Assembly: GCA_025465475.1 (NCBI GenBank)
Contig: JAODMR010000160.1
Span: 17,744-81,743 of the forward strand
From: Micrococcaceae bacterium
GTDB lineage: Bacteria; Actinomycetota; Actinomycetes; Actinomycetales; Micrococcaceae
Direction: 5' to 3'
DNA length: 64,000 bases
How positions within the stretch are numbered: position 1 is the first letter of the stretch; each line of letters begins with the position of its first letter. This document shows positions 37,964 to 47,070 of this stretch, in pieces. The translations under genes and the position numbers were made by a program. The notes under the pieces are model-generated. The model worked only from the letters and a program-made list of their open reading frames with translations. It did not search any database and had not been told where the DNA came from.

Positions 37964-39358
37964 TCAGACGGTGACGGACTGGTCCCTGTCCGACCCGGCG
38001 GAGCCATCGACCGCATCCCCGTTGTGGGTCGCTGCCGTGCTGTGAGCCATCATGGTGGTTTCATCGAACGGGTCGTGGCGGTCCAGCACGCGATCGACCT
38101 GCTGGCGGTCAATTTCCTTGACCCAGGTTCCGATGAGCACTGTCGCCACGGCGTTGCCCGTGAAGTTGGTCAGGGCCCGTGCCTCGGACATGAACCGGTC
38201 AATACCGACGATGAACGAGACACCGCCGACCAGGTCCGGGCGGTGCGAGGCGAGGCCGCCGGCGAGGGTGGCCAGGCCAGCGCCGGTCACCCCGGCAGCT
38301 CCCTTGGAGGCGATGATCATGTAGACCAGGAGACCGATCTGGGCGCCCAGGTCCAACGGGGTCCCCATTGCGGAGGCAATGAACAGGGCCGCCATGGTCA
38401 GGTAGATGGCGGTGCCATCCAGGTTGAAGGAGTAGCCGGTAGGAACGGTGACGCCGACGACGGGCTTGGACACGCCCAGGTGCTCCATCTTGGCGATCAG
38501 CCGGGGCAGGGCCACCTCTGAGGAAGAGGTTGAGACGATCAGCAGGTACTCGCGGCCCAGGTAGCGCATCAACTTGAAGATGTTGATGCCGGTCACCAGT
38601 TTCAGCAAGCCGCCCAGGATAACGGCGATGAAGATGATGCAGGTGAGGTAGAAGGCGCCCATCAGGGACAGCAGGCTCAGTACCGCCTGCCAGCCCGTGA
38701 GCCCGACGACGGCGGCGATCGCGCCGAAGGCACCGACCGGAGCCAGCCACATAATCATGACCAGGATGCGGAAAACCAGACCCTGGAGGTGCGCGATGCC
38801 GCGCAGGATGGGCTGCCCGGCGGGTCCCATTTTCTGCAGTGCGAACCCGGCCAGCAGGGCAATCAGCAGCGTCTGCAGGATGTTGCCCGCGGTCAGGGCG
38901 GAGAAAAGGGTGGTGGGGATGATGCCCAGGATGAAGTCCGGCGTGGAACTGCTCTCAGCAGGTGCCTTGTACACCGCATCCGACAGGTTCAGGCCTTCGC
39001 CGGGGTGGATCAGGTTCCCGACCACCAGGCCGATGGCCAGCGCGAACGTCGACATCACGATGAAGTAGCCCAGTGCCAGGCCGCCGACCTTGCCGACGGT
39101 AGCGGCCTTGGCGATGGAACCGATGCCCAGCACGATGGTGCAGAAAATGATCGGGGAGATCATCATCTTGATGAGCGCGATGAACCCGTCCCCCAGCGGC
39201 TTGAGCTGGGCGGCGAAGCCGTCCTTGCCCGGAAATGCCAGGCCGACGATCACGCCGAGCACCACGGCGGCGATGACGGCGATGTACAGCCAATGTGATT
39301 TGTCCAGCCCGCGCCGGGTGGTGCCCGTGGTGGCTGACTCTCCTCGCTGAGAGCTCAT
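37964..39358 (-). CDS. dctA: dicarboxylate/amino acid:cation symporter (DctA-like)
   Basis: DAACS family pattern ('SHWLYIAVIAAVVLGVIVGLAFP', 'GIGSIAKAATVGKVGG', 'SSSEVALP', 'GYSFNLDGTAIY', 'ASKGAAGVTGAG'). Start set to the ATG at 39358 (AAGGA RBS). The track's 99-codon extension was rejected. Confidence 0.8.
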   Translation of the reverse strand: MSSQRGESATTGTTRRGLDKSHWLYIAVIAAVVLGVIVGLAFPGKDGFAAQLKPLGDGFIALIKMMISPIIFCTIVLGIGSIAKAATVGKVGGLALGYFIVMSTFALAIGLVVGNLIHPGEGLNLSDAVYKAPAESSSTPDFILGIIPTTLFSALTAGNILQTLLIALLAGFALQKMGPAGQPILRGIAHLQGLVFRILVMIMWLAPVGAFGAIAAVVGLTGWQAVLSLLSLMGAFYLTCIIFIAVILGGLLKLVTGINIFKLMRYLGREYLLIVSTSSSEVALPRLIAKMEHLGVSKPVVGVTVPTGYSFNLDGTAIYLTMAALFIASAMGTPLDLGAQIGLLVYMIIASKGAAGVTGAGLATLAGGLASHRPDLVGGVSFIVGIDRFMSEARALTNFTGNAVATVLIGTWVKEIDRQQVDRVLDRHDPFDETTMMAHSTAATHNGDAVDGSAGSDRDQSVTV

Positions 39359-39569
39359 GGTGTGTCCTTTGGATAGTCTTATCGTTGTCGCGGTTGCCCG
39401 CCTGCCTCCAGCATCCCCCCTGTTGTGACTGGCATCACCCTTACGGTCATATTGGTCACGGCAGTCACGACGAAAAGGGGGTCCCTGGAACCGGGCAGCC
39501 CCAGAACGGGGGCTATGGGACCGGGGGTACGGGACCGGGGCTACGTTGCGCGGCAGGAAGGACGGATCG

Positions 39570-41228
39570 GTGTTTATCCATGACTGGAGCATCGCCAGAC
39601 GCCTGTTCGTTGCGCAGGCGTTGTTCATGCTGGTCCTCACCGTGATGGTGACCACCGCCCTGTTCGTCGATTCCCGGGACCGGTACTACCTGCAGGCGCA
39701 GGAACGGATGCTCTCCGTGTCCACGGCCATTGCGGAGAATCCCCTGGTCCTGCAGGCGGCCACGTCTGCTGACCCGACGGCGGTCCTGCAGCCCTACGTT
39801 GAGCGGGTCATGGCCGGGGCGGACGTCGATTTCATTACAATCATGGCTCCCGACCGGACCCGCTGGACCCATCCCAACCCGGCGGAGATCGGCAAACCCT
39901 ACATCGGTTCCGTGGACCAGGCGCTGGGCGGCAGCCCCTATACGGAAATCACCGCCGGAACGCTTGGCCCGTCGGTGCGTGCGATCGTTCCGGTACAGGA
40001 CGGGAACGGTACGGTCCGCGCCCTCGTCGCGTCGGGGGTGACCGTCACAAACGTCGAAGTGGCAGTCGGCGGGCGGCTTCCCGCCGTCGTCGGCATTGCT
40101 GTGGCCCTTCTGCTTGGTGGCGCACTGGCCTCCTGGCTGCTGGGCAGGTACCTGCGCCGCGTCACGCTGGGGTGGGGGCCGGAGCGACTGGGCCAGCTGT
40201 TCGCCTACTATGAGTCGGTGCTGCATTCCGTCGGGGACGGCCTGGTGTTGGCGGACACCGCGGGAAACCTGCTCATGTACAACGACCGCGCCGCCGAGTT
40301 GCTTGGCATCGAGGCCCCCGTCGAGGGCCGCCCGCCGCGCCCGCTGACGGATCTGGGCCTGCCTGCCGGGGTCCGGGAACTGCTGGGCACCGGACAGGCC
40401 GCCCGGGATGAAGTGCACCTGGTCGGCGAACGGTTGCTGGTGGTCAGCCAGGAGCCTGCCCGCTCCCCCGGCGGCACGGGACGACGCCCCAAAGCGGCCC
40501 GGATGGGCACGGTGATGACTTTGCAGGACCACACGGACCTGCTGGCCCTGGGCGACGAACTGCGTTCCACCCGGACCCTTACCGACGCCCTGCGGGCGCA
40601 AACCCATGAACACGCCAACCGGATCCATACACTGGTGTCCCTGCTTGAATTGGGCCGCACAGAGCAGGCGCTCGAGTTCGCCACGGAAGACCTGGAGCTG
40701 AGCCAACGATTGGCTGACGAGGTGATCAACTCGGTCGACGAGCCCGTGCTCAGCGCCCTGCTGATGGGGAAGGTGGCACAGGCCCATGAGCGGGGCATCG
40801 AGTTGCGGGTGGAGGTCCATTCCGAGCCGGACTTGCGCGGGATCCCCGCGCATGACCTGGTCACGATCCTGGGCAACCTCATCGACAACGCCCTCGACGC
40901 CGCTGCTGACGGGGACGACTCGCGCTGGGTTGAGGTCGTCATCGGAGAGGACCAGGGAAACCTGCTGCTTGAGGTGGCCGACAGCGGCTCGGGGGTAAGC
41001 CCCAATCAATCCGCAGACGTGTTCCGCAAGGGCTTTAGCACCAAGTTGTCCGACGGCGGTGGGCGCGGCATCGGCCTGGCCCTGGTGCGGCAGTCGGTGC
41101 TGCGGATGGGCGGAACCCTGACGATCGGCAGCAGGAAAGGCGCCGTCTTCACCGTCCGGCTGCCGGCGGCCCGGGCGGCAGTTCCGGTCTCACCCGCTCG
41201 GGAAGGAGAAGCAGATGGCACCCCCTGA
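39570..41228 (+). CDS. sensor histidine kinase, CitA/DcuS family
   Basis: Two TM helices flank a periplasmic sensor region, followed by a cytoplasmic PAS ('LHSVGDGLVLAD'), an H-box region 'AQTHEHANRIHTLVSLLELG', N-box 'LGNLIDNALDA' and G-boxes 'DSGSGV'/'GGRGIGLALV'. The GTG at 39570 with GGAAGGA upstream is preferred over the TTG at 39546. Confidence 0.8.
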   Translation: MFIHDWSIARRLFVAQALFMLVLTVMVTTALFVDSRDRYYLQAQERMLSVSTAIAENPLVLQAATSADPTAVLQPYVERVMAGADVDFITIMAPDRTRWTHPNPAEIGKPYIGSVDQALGGSPYTEITAGTLGPSVRAIVPVQDGNGTVRALVASGVTVTNVEVAVGGRLPAVVGIAVALLLGGALASWLLGRYLRRVTLGWGPERLGQLFAYYESVLHSVGDGLVLADTAGNLLMYNDRAAELLGIEAPVEGRPPRPLTDLGLPAGVRELLGTGQAARDEVHLVGERLLVVSQEPARSPGGTGRRPKAARMGTVMTLQDHTDLLALGDELRSTRTLTDALRAQTHEHANRIHTLVSLLELGRTEQALEFATEDLELSQRLADEVINSVDEPVLSALLMGKVAQAHERGIELRVEVHSEPDLRGIPAHDLVTILGNLIDNALDAAADGDDSRWVEVVIGEDQGNLLLEVADSGSGVSPNQSADVFRKGFSTKLSDGGGRGIGLALVRQSVLRMGGTLTIGSRKGAVFTVRLPAARAAVPVSPAREGEADGTP

Positions 41229-41925
41229 CGCCCGTCCCGTCCGCGTCCTGGTGGTGGACGACGAACCGATCGCTGCGGCAGCCCACGGCGCCTACGTGCA
41301 GCGGCTGGACGGCTTCGCCCTGGCCGGCCTGGCGCACGACGGGCAAAGCGCGCTGCGTTGCCTGCAGGACGCGGAAGCCTCGGGCGTGCCCTTGGACCTG
41401 ATGTTGCTGGACATGAACCTGCCGGACCTGCACGGCCTGGACGTCAGCCGCCGGGCACGGGCTGCAGGATACGCCGTGGACATCATCGCCATCACCGCGG
41501 TGCGCGAACTGCAGGTGGTCCGCGGAGCCGTTTCGGCGGGCATCGTGCAGTACCTGATCAAACCGTTCACCTACAAGGTGTTCGCAGAAAAGATGACCAA
41601 CTACCTGCAGTTCCGACGACAGTTGGAGGCCCAACCCGGGGCGGCATCCCAGGCAGGCGTCGACCAGGCGTTCGCGAGCCTGCGCACACCTGTCGACACC
41701 GACCTGCCCAAAGGACTTTCGTCAGGCACCCTGGCGGCAGTCATTGCCATGCTGAAGGAACAGGGCGGACCGGCCTCCGCGCAGGAGGTGATGGAGCGGC
41801 TGGGCATGTCCCGGGTCACCGCGCGCCGCTACCTGGAATACCTGGCCGAGCAGAAATCGGTGCGCCGCTCGGCGCGCTACGGCACCCCGGGCAGGCCCGA
41901 GAACGAATACACCTGGCTGCCCTGA
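41215..41925 (+). CDS. response regulator, CitB/DcuR family
   Basis: Receiver 'VRVLVVDDEP...DLMLLDMNLPDLHG...KPF' plus a C-terminal HTH 'ASAQEVMERLGMSRVTARRYLEYLA'. Overlaps the kinase gene by 14 nt. GGAAGGAG RBS. Confidence 0.85.
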   Translation: MAPPDARPVRVLVVDDEPIAAAAHGAYVQRLDGFALAGLAHDGQSALRCLQDAEASGVPLDLMLLDMNLPDLHGLDVSRRARAAGYAVDIIAITAVRELQVVRGAVSAGIVQYLIKPFTYKVFAEKMTNYLQFRRQLEAQPGAASQAGVDQAFASLRTPVDTDLPKGLSSGTLAAVIAMLKEQGGPASAQEVMERLGMSRVTARRYLEYLAEQKSVRRSARYGTPGRPENEYTWLP

Positions 41926-41953
41926 CCTGCTCGTCCCTACCACCCCCTGACCG

Positions 41954-42029
41954 GCCTTCTCCAGCCTTAGGAGCCTTCTCCAGCCTGAAGGGCCTTCTCC
42001 AGCCTGAAGGGCCTTCTCCAGGGCGAAGG
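41954..42029. repeat. 19-bp intergenic tandem repeat x4, each unit a small hairpin
   Basis: GCCTTCTCCAGCCTTAGGA / GCCTTCTCCAGCCTGAAGG / GCCTTCTCCAGCCTGAAGG / GCCTTCTCCAGGGCGAAGG. CCTTC...GAAGG arms within each unit. The period is not a multiple of 3. Confidence 0.9.
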
Positions 42030-42063
42030 ATGTCAGGAGAGCCGTCGGAGAGTCGCCCTACAC

Positions 42064-42092
42064 TTGCTAACTGACCGGCCGGTAAGTATGCT
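42064..42092 (+). promoter_or_regulatory. candidate promoter with embedded TetR-type operator upstream of gpx
   Basis: TTGCTA (42064-69), a 17-nt spacer, then TATGCT (42087-92). Together with the first base of the -10 hexamer, the spacer forms the 18-bp dyad ACTGACCGGCCGGTAAGT (42070-42087). The module is nearly identical to the one at 44646-44674 beside tetR. Confidence 0.5.
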
Positions 42093-42189
42093 TCTGTTCG
42101 AGCGGTAAGCCCACCCCTTACTGCGGGCTACTTTGATCTTGCAGCCCCTCACGGCTCTGACGCACCAGGTGGCGCATGTGATTAGAGGA

Positions 42190-42690
42190 ATGATGAGCAT
42201 TATTGACATCTCGATTGCCACGATGGAGGGAACGACGACGTCGCTGCGCGGGTATGCCGGCGAAATTCTCTTGATCGTGAACGTCGCCTCTCGATGCGGG
42301 CTCGCACCGCAGTGCGCCAAACTCGAGGCGCTTCAGCGCCTCTACGGCGACCGGGGGTTCACGGTGCTCGCGTTCCCCAGCAACCAATTTCTACAGGAGC
42401 TTTCCACCAACAAGGCCATCAGGGACTTCTGCACGTCGACCTACGGCGTGACGTTTCCTGTCTTCGACCGGATTCGCGTGAACGGCCGCCATGAACACCC
42501 CCTGTACAAGGAATTGAAAAAGGTGAAGGACCCCGAGGGCAAGGCGGGGCGGGTGAGATGGAACTTCGAGAAATTCCTCATACTTCCCTCGGGAGACGTG
42601 AGGCGATTCCGCCCCCAAACGGAACCGGACGACCCAGTAATTGTCGCCCTCATCGAAGCGAACCTGCCGGGCGGGAAATTAGATGCATGA
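42190..42690 (+). CDS. glutathione peroxidase family protein
   Basis: 'LLIVNVASRCGLAPQ' (peroxidatic Cys), 'LAFPSNQFLQE', 'WNFEKFLI'. Start set to ATG 42190/42193 after AGAGGA. The track start at 42133 was rejected. Confidence 0.85.
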   Translation: MMSIIDISIATMEGTTTSLRGYAGEILLIVNVASRCGLAPQCAKLEALQRLYGDRGFTVLAFPSNQFLQELSTNKAIRDFCTSTYGVTFPVFDRIRVNGRHEHPLYKELKKVKDPEGKAGRVRWNFEKFLILPSGDVRRFRPQTEPDDPVIVALIEANLPGGKLDA

Positions 42691-42970
42691 GTACCGACCG
42701 CTTTGCCTGCGGCAGGGGCGGTTGCCCTACATGCTAGGGGTCGGCCATGCGGTCCTCGCCCGCGGTGCCGGCGATCTAGTGGAGTCGTGACTTTCCGCGG
42801 TCCGGTTCCTTACAGGATGATGCCTCTGCTTTCCAAAGCCGGGACTTCCTGGAAGTGGTTGCAGGACTCCACGAGGAGCCATCACTACGCCGCCGCCACA
42901 ACCTCCAGCACATGGAATCACTCACTGTGGTCATCTAATCGCTTCTCAACAACGGCAGGAAAGTCACCCT

Positions 42971-43978
42971 ATGAAACTCGGCGTATATAACGCAATCCTT
43001 CACGACCGGTCCCTTCCCGAAGCCCTGAAGGTCATCGCCGACCTGGGCCTGACGGGAATTGAATTAAATTCCGGTGGTTTCCTCCCCGCGCTGCACATCC
43101 CCACCTTCAATGACATTCTCGAAAGTGATGCAGCGCGGGATGACTTTCTTGCCGTCTTCGAGGGCACCGGGGTTTCCATTGCGGGACTGAACTGCAACGG
43201 AAACCCGCTCCACCCCAACCGCGTCATCGGAGATCAGCACGCCGAAGACATCCGACGCTCCATCCGCCTCGCGCATCGGCTCGGCCAGCACCGCGTTGTC
43301 ACCATGTCCGGGCTTCCCGGAGGTGAACCCGGAGCCACCGTGCCCAACTGGATCGTCAACGCCTGGAACTCTGCGGCTCTGGATGTCCTGGACTACCAAT
43401 GGGAAATCGCCGCGGGCTTTTGGACGGGCATTGACGGCCTCGCCCGGGACCTGAACGTCAAAGTCGCCCTGGAACTCCACCCGCAAAACCTGGTTTTCAA
43501 CCCAGCTGACGTGTATAGGCTCGTGGAACTCACAGGTGCCACGCATATCGGTGTGGAGCTAGACGCGTCCCATCTGTTCTGGCAGCAAATGGATCCGGTC
43601 GCGGTGATCAATGAACTGGGACCTCTTGTGTTCCAGGCGGCAGCCAAGGACGTCCGCATTAACAGGGACACTGCCGCCATTTATGGCGTGCTGGATAACC
43701 GGTTCCGTCGCCTTTCCCCTGACGAGAATCGAACCAATCTCGGCGGCGACGAATGGGTCAACGAATGGCCGAAGGACTCGGCCTGGGATTTCGTCGCCCT
43801 GGGCAGAGGACACGACGTCGCTTACTGGACGGAATTCCTTAAGGCACTCCATAGGGTAGACCCCGAAATGCTGGTGAACATAGAACACGAGGACGTTGAG
43901 CTGGGACGGATCGAAGGGCTCGAAGTCGCATCGAAAGTCCTGAGGGAAGCAGACGCGGCCCTGGCCGTATCCCTGTAA
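42971..43978 (+). CDS. sugar phosphate isomerase/epimerase (xylose-isomerase-like TIM barrel)
   Basis: 'MKLGVYNAILHDRSLPEALKVIADLGLTGIELNSGGF', 'VALELHPQN', 'GVELDASHLFWQ', 'NIEHED'. This is the AP_endonuc_2-type pattern. Confidence 0.8.
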   Translation: MKLGVYNAILHDRSLPEALKVIADLGLTGIELNSGGFLPALHIPTFNDILESDAARDDFLAVFEGTGVSIAGLNCNGNPLHPNRVIGDQHAEDIRRSIRLAHRLGQHRVVTMSGLPGGEPGATVPNWIVNAWNSAALDVLDYQWEIAAGFWTGIDGLARDLNVKVALELHPQNLVFNPADVYRLVELTGATHIGVELDASHLFWQQMDPVAVINELGPLVFQAAAKDVRINRDTAAIYGVLDNRFRRLSPDENRTNLGGDEWVNEWPKDSAWDFVALGRGHDVAYWTEFLKALHRVDPEMLVNIEHEDVELGRIEGLEVASKVLREADAALAVSL

Positions 43979-44031
43979 TACCCACGGCATCCGTTCGGGC
44001 ACGGATGGAATTTCCGGGCCGAGGAGGCCCT

Positions 44032-44619
44032 TCAGGCAGGGTCGCCTGTCGGGTCCTTGGGAGCGAGCTCCATCGATATCTGCCGGGCTGCGGCGAGGAT
44101 ATCTTCTTCGCTCGCCTCCAGCCCGTTCGATGCGAGCCCCGCCATATTGACGACCATAAGCGAAAGTCGCGCCCGGAGCTGATCGGCGAGGCCAGCGCCC
44201 GGCGGGGTGAGGATCTCATAGAGAGCCCGGAGATGTTCTTCCATGCCTGATTTGTCCGTGCTGATTTCCCTCATCACTCGGTGATTGGCATTGATGAACC
44301 GGAACATGCGCAATCCCTGCCCCTGCATGATGTCGATCCATCGCGTCAGGACCTCATGCCTTAGACCGGGACCCTGAGTTTGACTGTGGGCCCAGTCCAC
44401 GAGTTCCCCGACCTGGGAGAGCATCGTGTCGATCAGGGACCGGACAATGTCCTCCTTGCTGGCGAAGTGGTAGTACAGCGCCGCCTTGGTGAAGCTCAGC
44501 GCCTCGGCGATTTCCCGCATCGAGGTTGAGTCGTATCCCCGCTCGGCAAACAGGCGCAGGGCCACACTCTGAATCTGCGCCTTGGTCGTTCCCTGAAGTG
44601 CCGCTGTTGCTCCGCCCAC
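44032..44619 (-). CDS. TetR/AcrR-family transcriptional regulator
   Basis: N-terminal HTH 'IQSVALRLFAERGYDSTSMREIAEALSFTKAALYYHFASKEDI'. Divergent from the MFS gene. Confidence 0.85.
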   Translation of the reverse strand: MGGATAALQGTTKAQIQSVALRLFAERGYDSTSMREIAEALSFTKAALYYHFASKEDIVRSLIDTMLSQVGELVDWAHSQTQGPGLRHEVLTRWIDIMQGQGLRMFRFINANHRVMREISTDKSGMEEHLRALYEILTPPGAGLADQLRARLSLMVVNMAGLASNGLEASEEDILAAARQISMELAPKDPTGDPA

Positions 44620-44645
44620 AAAATCCCCGGTTCCTTACGCCGCGC

Positions 44646-44674
44646 TTGCTAACTAACCGGACGGTAAGTAGTCT
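44646..44674 (+). promoter_or_regulatory. candidate MFS promoter with embedded TetR operator (tetR/MFS divergent region)
   Basis: TTGCTA (44646-51), a 17-nt spacer, then TAGTCT (44669-74). The spacer plus the first base of the -10 hexamer forms the dyad ACTAACCGGACGGTAAGT (44652-44669). It lies 33 nt from the tetR start codon and 63 nt from the MFS ATG. Confidence 0.55.
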
Positions 44675-44731
44675 TCTAACCGCGCGGTCAGTTCCATCGT
44701 AGCCGCCTCCAGTTCGTTTCCGACATGAAGG

Positions 44732-46375
44732 ATGGCCATGAGCTCCTCCCCTGAAGCTGCCCCTACCACGGAGGCCACCGACGCGAAGCGGCACATCCTG
44801 CTCGTCTTTGCCGGCCTGATGGTCACGATGCTCCTGGCGTCGTTGGACCAGACCATCTTCAGCACGGCGCTGCCCACCATCGTCGGTGAACTCAACGGCG
44901 TCGACCACACGCTCTGGGTCACGACCGCCTACATCCTTGCCTCGACCGTGATGCTGCCGGTCTACGGCAAGCTGGGGGACCTGATCGGCCGCAAGGGCCT
45001 GTTCATCGGGGCCATCAGCCTGTTCATCGTCGGCTCGATCATCGGTGGCCTCGCCCAGGACATGACCTGGCTGATCACCGGCCGCGGAGTGCAGGGCCTT
45101 GGCGGCGGCGGACTGATGATCCTCTCCCAAGCGATCATCGCCGACGTCGTCACCGCCCGTGAACGCGGACGGTACATGGGCATCATGGGGGGCGTATTCG
45201 CACTGTCCTCCGTCGCCGGGCCGCTGCTCGGTGGCTGGTTCACGGAGGGCATCGGCTGGCGCTGGGCGTTCTGGATGAACGTCCCCCTCGGAGCCCTGGC
45301 CATCGCCTCGGCCGCCTTCTTTCTGCGCCTGCCCGTCACAGCCCGACGCCGACCTCGGCTGGACGTCCTCGGCATGCTGCTGCTGGCCATCGCCTCGACC
45401 TGCCTGGTCCTCGTCACCACGTGGGGTGGAACCACCTACGACTGGAACTCGCTGACCATCATCGCGCTGATCATCGGCACCGTCAGCGCAGCGGTCCTGT
45501 TCGTGGTGGCGGAGCGTCGGGCCGCGGAGCCGATCATGCCGATGCACCTCTTCCGGGACAGGAACTTCAACCTCACCACGGGCGCCGGCCTCATCATAGG
45601 CATCGCCATGTTCGGCGCGCTGGCGTACCTGCCGACGTACCTGCAGATGGTGACCGGCGCGAACGCCACCGAAGCGGGCTTCCTGATGATCCCGATGATG
45701 GCAGCCCTGCTGGTGACCTCCATCGTCTCCGGCCAACTCGTCAGCCGGACCGGCCGGTACAAGTGGCTCCCGATCACCGGCACGGCCATCGTCGCCCTCT
45801 CGCTGGTCCTGCTGTCCACGATGACACCGGCCATGCCCATCTGGGTCCTCTGCTGCTACCTCGCGGTCATGGGCATCGGGCTGGGCCTGAGCATGCAGAT
45901 CCTCATCCTGATCGTGCAGAACTCCTTCCCCGTCTCGCAGGTCGGCACGGCCACAGCCTCCAACAACTACTTCCGGCAGATCGGCGCCTCCCTCGGATCG
46001 GCGATCGTGGGCAGCCTGTTCGTTGCGCGGCTGACGGACCTGCTGGGCCAGCGGCTTGGCGGTGCCGGATCGGCCGCGGGTTCCAGCAACTCCTTCACCC
46101 CGTCAGCCGTGAAGGAACTGCCTGCGGCGGTACGCGACACCATCGTGGGCGCCTACAACGACGCCCTCACCCCCGTCTTCCTGTACATGGTCCCCCTGGT
46201 GGTCCTCGCCGTCGTCCTGTTGTGCTTCATCCACGAGAAGCCACTGGCCACCACCATCGAACGCGACATCCTGCCCGAATCGCTGGAAATCGACGGCATG
46301 ACCAACGTCCGACTGGAGGACGCCTCCACCAGTGGGAAGGCCAGTACCGGACGTGGTGCAAACGTAGCGGGGTGA
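44732..46375 (+). CDS. MFS transporter, DHA2 (EmrB/QacA, 14-TMS) family
   Basis: 'LDQTIFSTALPTIVGEL', 'GKLGDLIGRKGLF', 14 hydrophobic segments, 547 aa. An alternative ATG at 44738 is possible. Confidence 0.85.
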   Translation: MAMSSSPEAAPTTEATDAKRHILLVFAGLMVTMLLASLDQTIFSTALPTIVGELNGVDHTLWVTTAYILASTVMLPVYGKLGDLIGRKGLFIGAISLFIVGSIIGGLAQDMTWLITGRGVQGLGGGGLMILSQAIIADVVTARERGRYMGIMGGVFALSSVAGPLLGGWFTEGIGWRWAFWMNVPLGALAIASAAFFLRLPVTARRRPRLDVLGMLLLAIASTCLVLVTTWGGTTYDWNSLTIIALIIGTVSAAVLFVVAERRAAEPIMPMHLFRDRNFNLTTGAGLIIGIAMFGALAYLPTYLQMVTGANATEAGFLMIPMMAALLVTSIVSGQLVSRTGRYKWLPITGTAIVALSLVLLSTMTPAMPIWVLCCYLAVMGIGLGLSMQILILIVQNSFPVSQVGTATASNNYFRQIGASLGSAIVGSLFVARLTDLLGQRLGGAGSAAGSSNSFTPSAVKELPAAVRDTIVGAYNDALTPVFLYMVPLVVLAVVLLCFIHEKPLATTIERDILPESLEIDGMTNVRLEDASTSGKASTGRGANVAG

Positions 46376-46468
46376 GCCGGCCCATCGGGGTGCCCGGGAG
46401 CTGGGAAGAACATTCGCGTTCGGATGGTTGCCATGTCTCAGAAGATCGGTTCTGTAAAGGAGTCCGCC

Positions 46469-47026
46469 ATGATCCGCATAGGTATTATCTTGGGAAGCAC
46501 CCGACCGGGACGGCTCGGGAAGGCAGTGGCAGAGTGGGTTGCCGACAGGGCATCGATCCGAAGCGATGCGACCTTCGAAGCGCTGGACATCGCCGATTTC
46601 AACCTCCCCCTGCTTGATGAGCCCTTGCCGCCCTCCTTGGGAAGATACAGCCAAGACCACACGAAGGCATGGTCCGAAGCGGTCAACGGATTTGACGGCT
46701 ACATATTCGTCACCGGAGAGTACAACCACTCCATCCCCGCAGCCTTGAAAAACGCGATCGACTACCTGTACCGGGAGTGGAACAACAAGGCGGCCGGATT
46801 TGTCAGTTACGGCAGCGCCGGAGGCACCCGGGCCGTGGAGCACTTGCGGGCCGTGGCCGGAGAACTTCAGATGGCGGACGTCCGTGCGCAGGTGGCTTTG
46901 CCGTTGACCACGGAATTTGAAAACTACCGCGTCTTCCATCCTTCACCCGCGGCTGAAAAGAACCTGCAAACCCTCTTTGAGCAGGTTGTCGCGTGGGCTG
47001 GCGCCCTCCAGGCGCTCCGCCCCTAA
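46469..47026 (+). CDS. NADPH-dependent FMN reductase family oxidoreductase
   Basis: 'MIRIGIILGSTRPGRLG', 'GYIFVTGEYNHSIPAALKNAIDYL', 'KAAGFVSYG'. AAGGAG RBS 7 nt upstream of the ATG at 46469. Confidence 0.8.
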   Translation: MIRIGIILGSTRPGRLGKAVAEWVADRASIRSDATFEALDIADFNLPLLDEPLPPSLGRYSQDHTKAWSEAVNGFDGYIFVTGEYNHSIPAALKNAIDYLYREWNNKAAGFVSYGSAGGTRAVEHLRAVAGELQMADVRAQVALPLTTEFENYRVFHPSPAAEKNLQTLFEQVVAWAGALQALRP

Positions 47027-47070
47027 CCATCGCCAGCCCGCAGCGGTGAGGACGAGGCCCATGCGATGCC

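Noticed and set aside
42703-42990. 95-aa + strand ORF in the gpx / TIM-barrel intergenic region
   Set aside because: It has low GC3, no RBS and an Arg/Ser/Trp-rich translation, and its 3' end overlaps the well-supported start of the isomerase gene in another frame.
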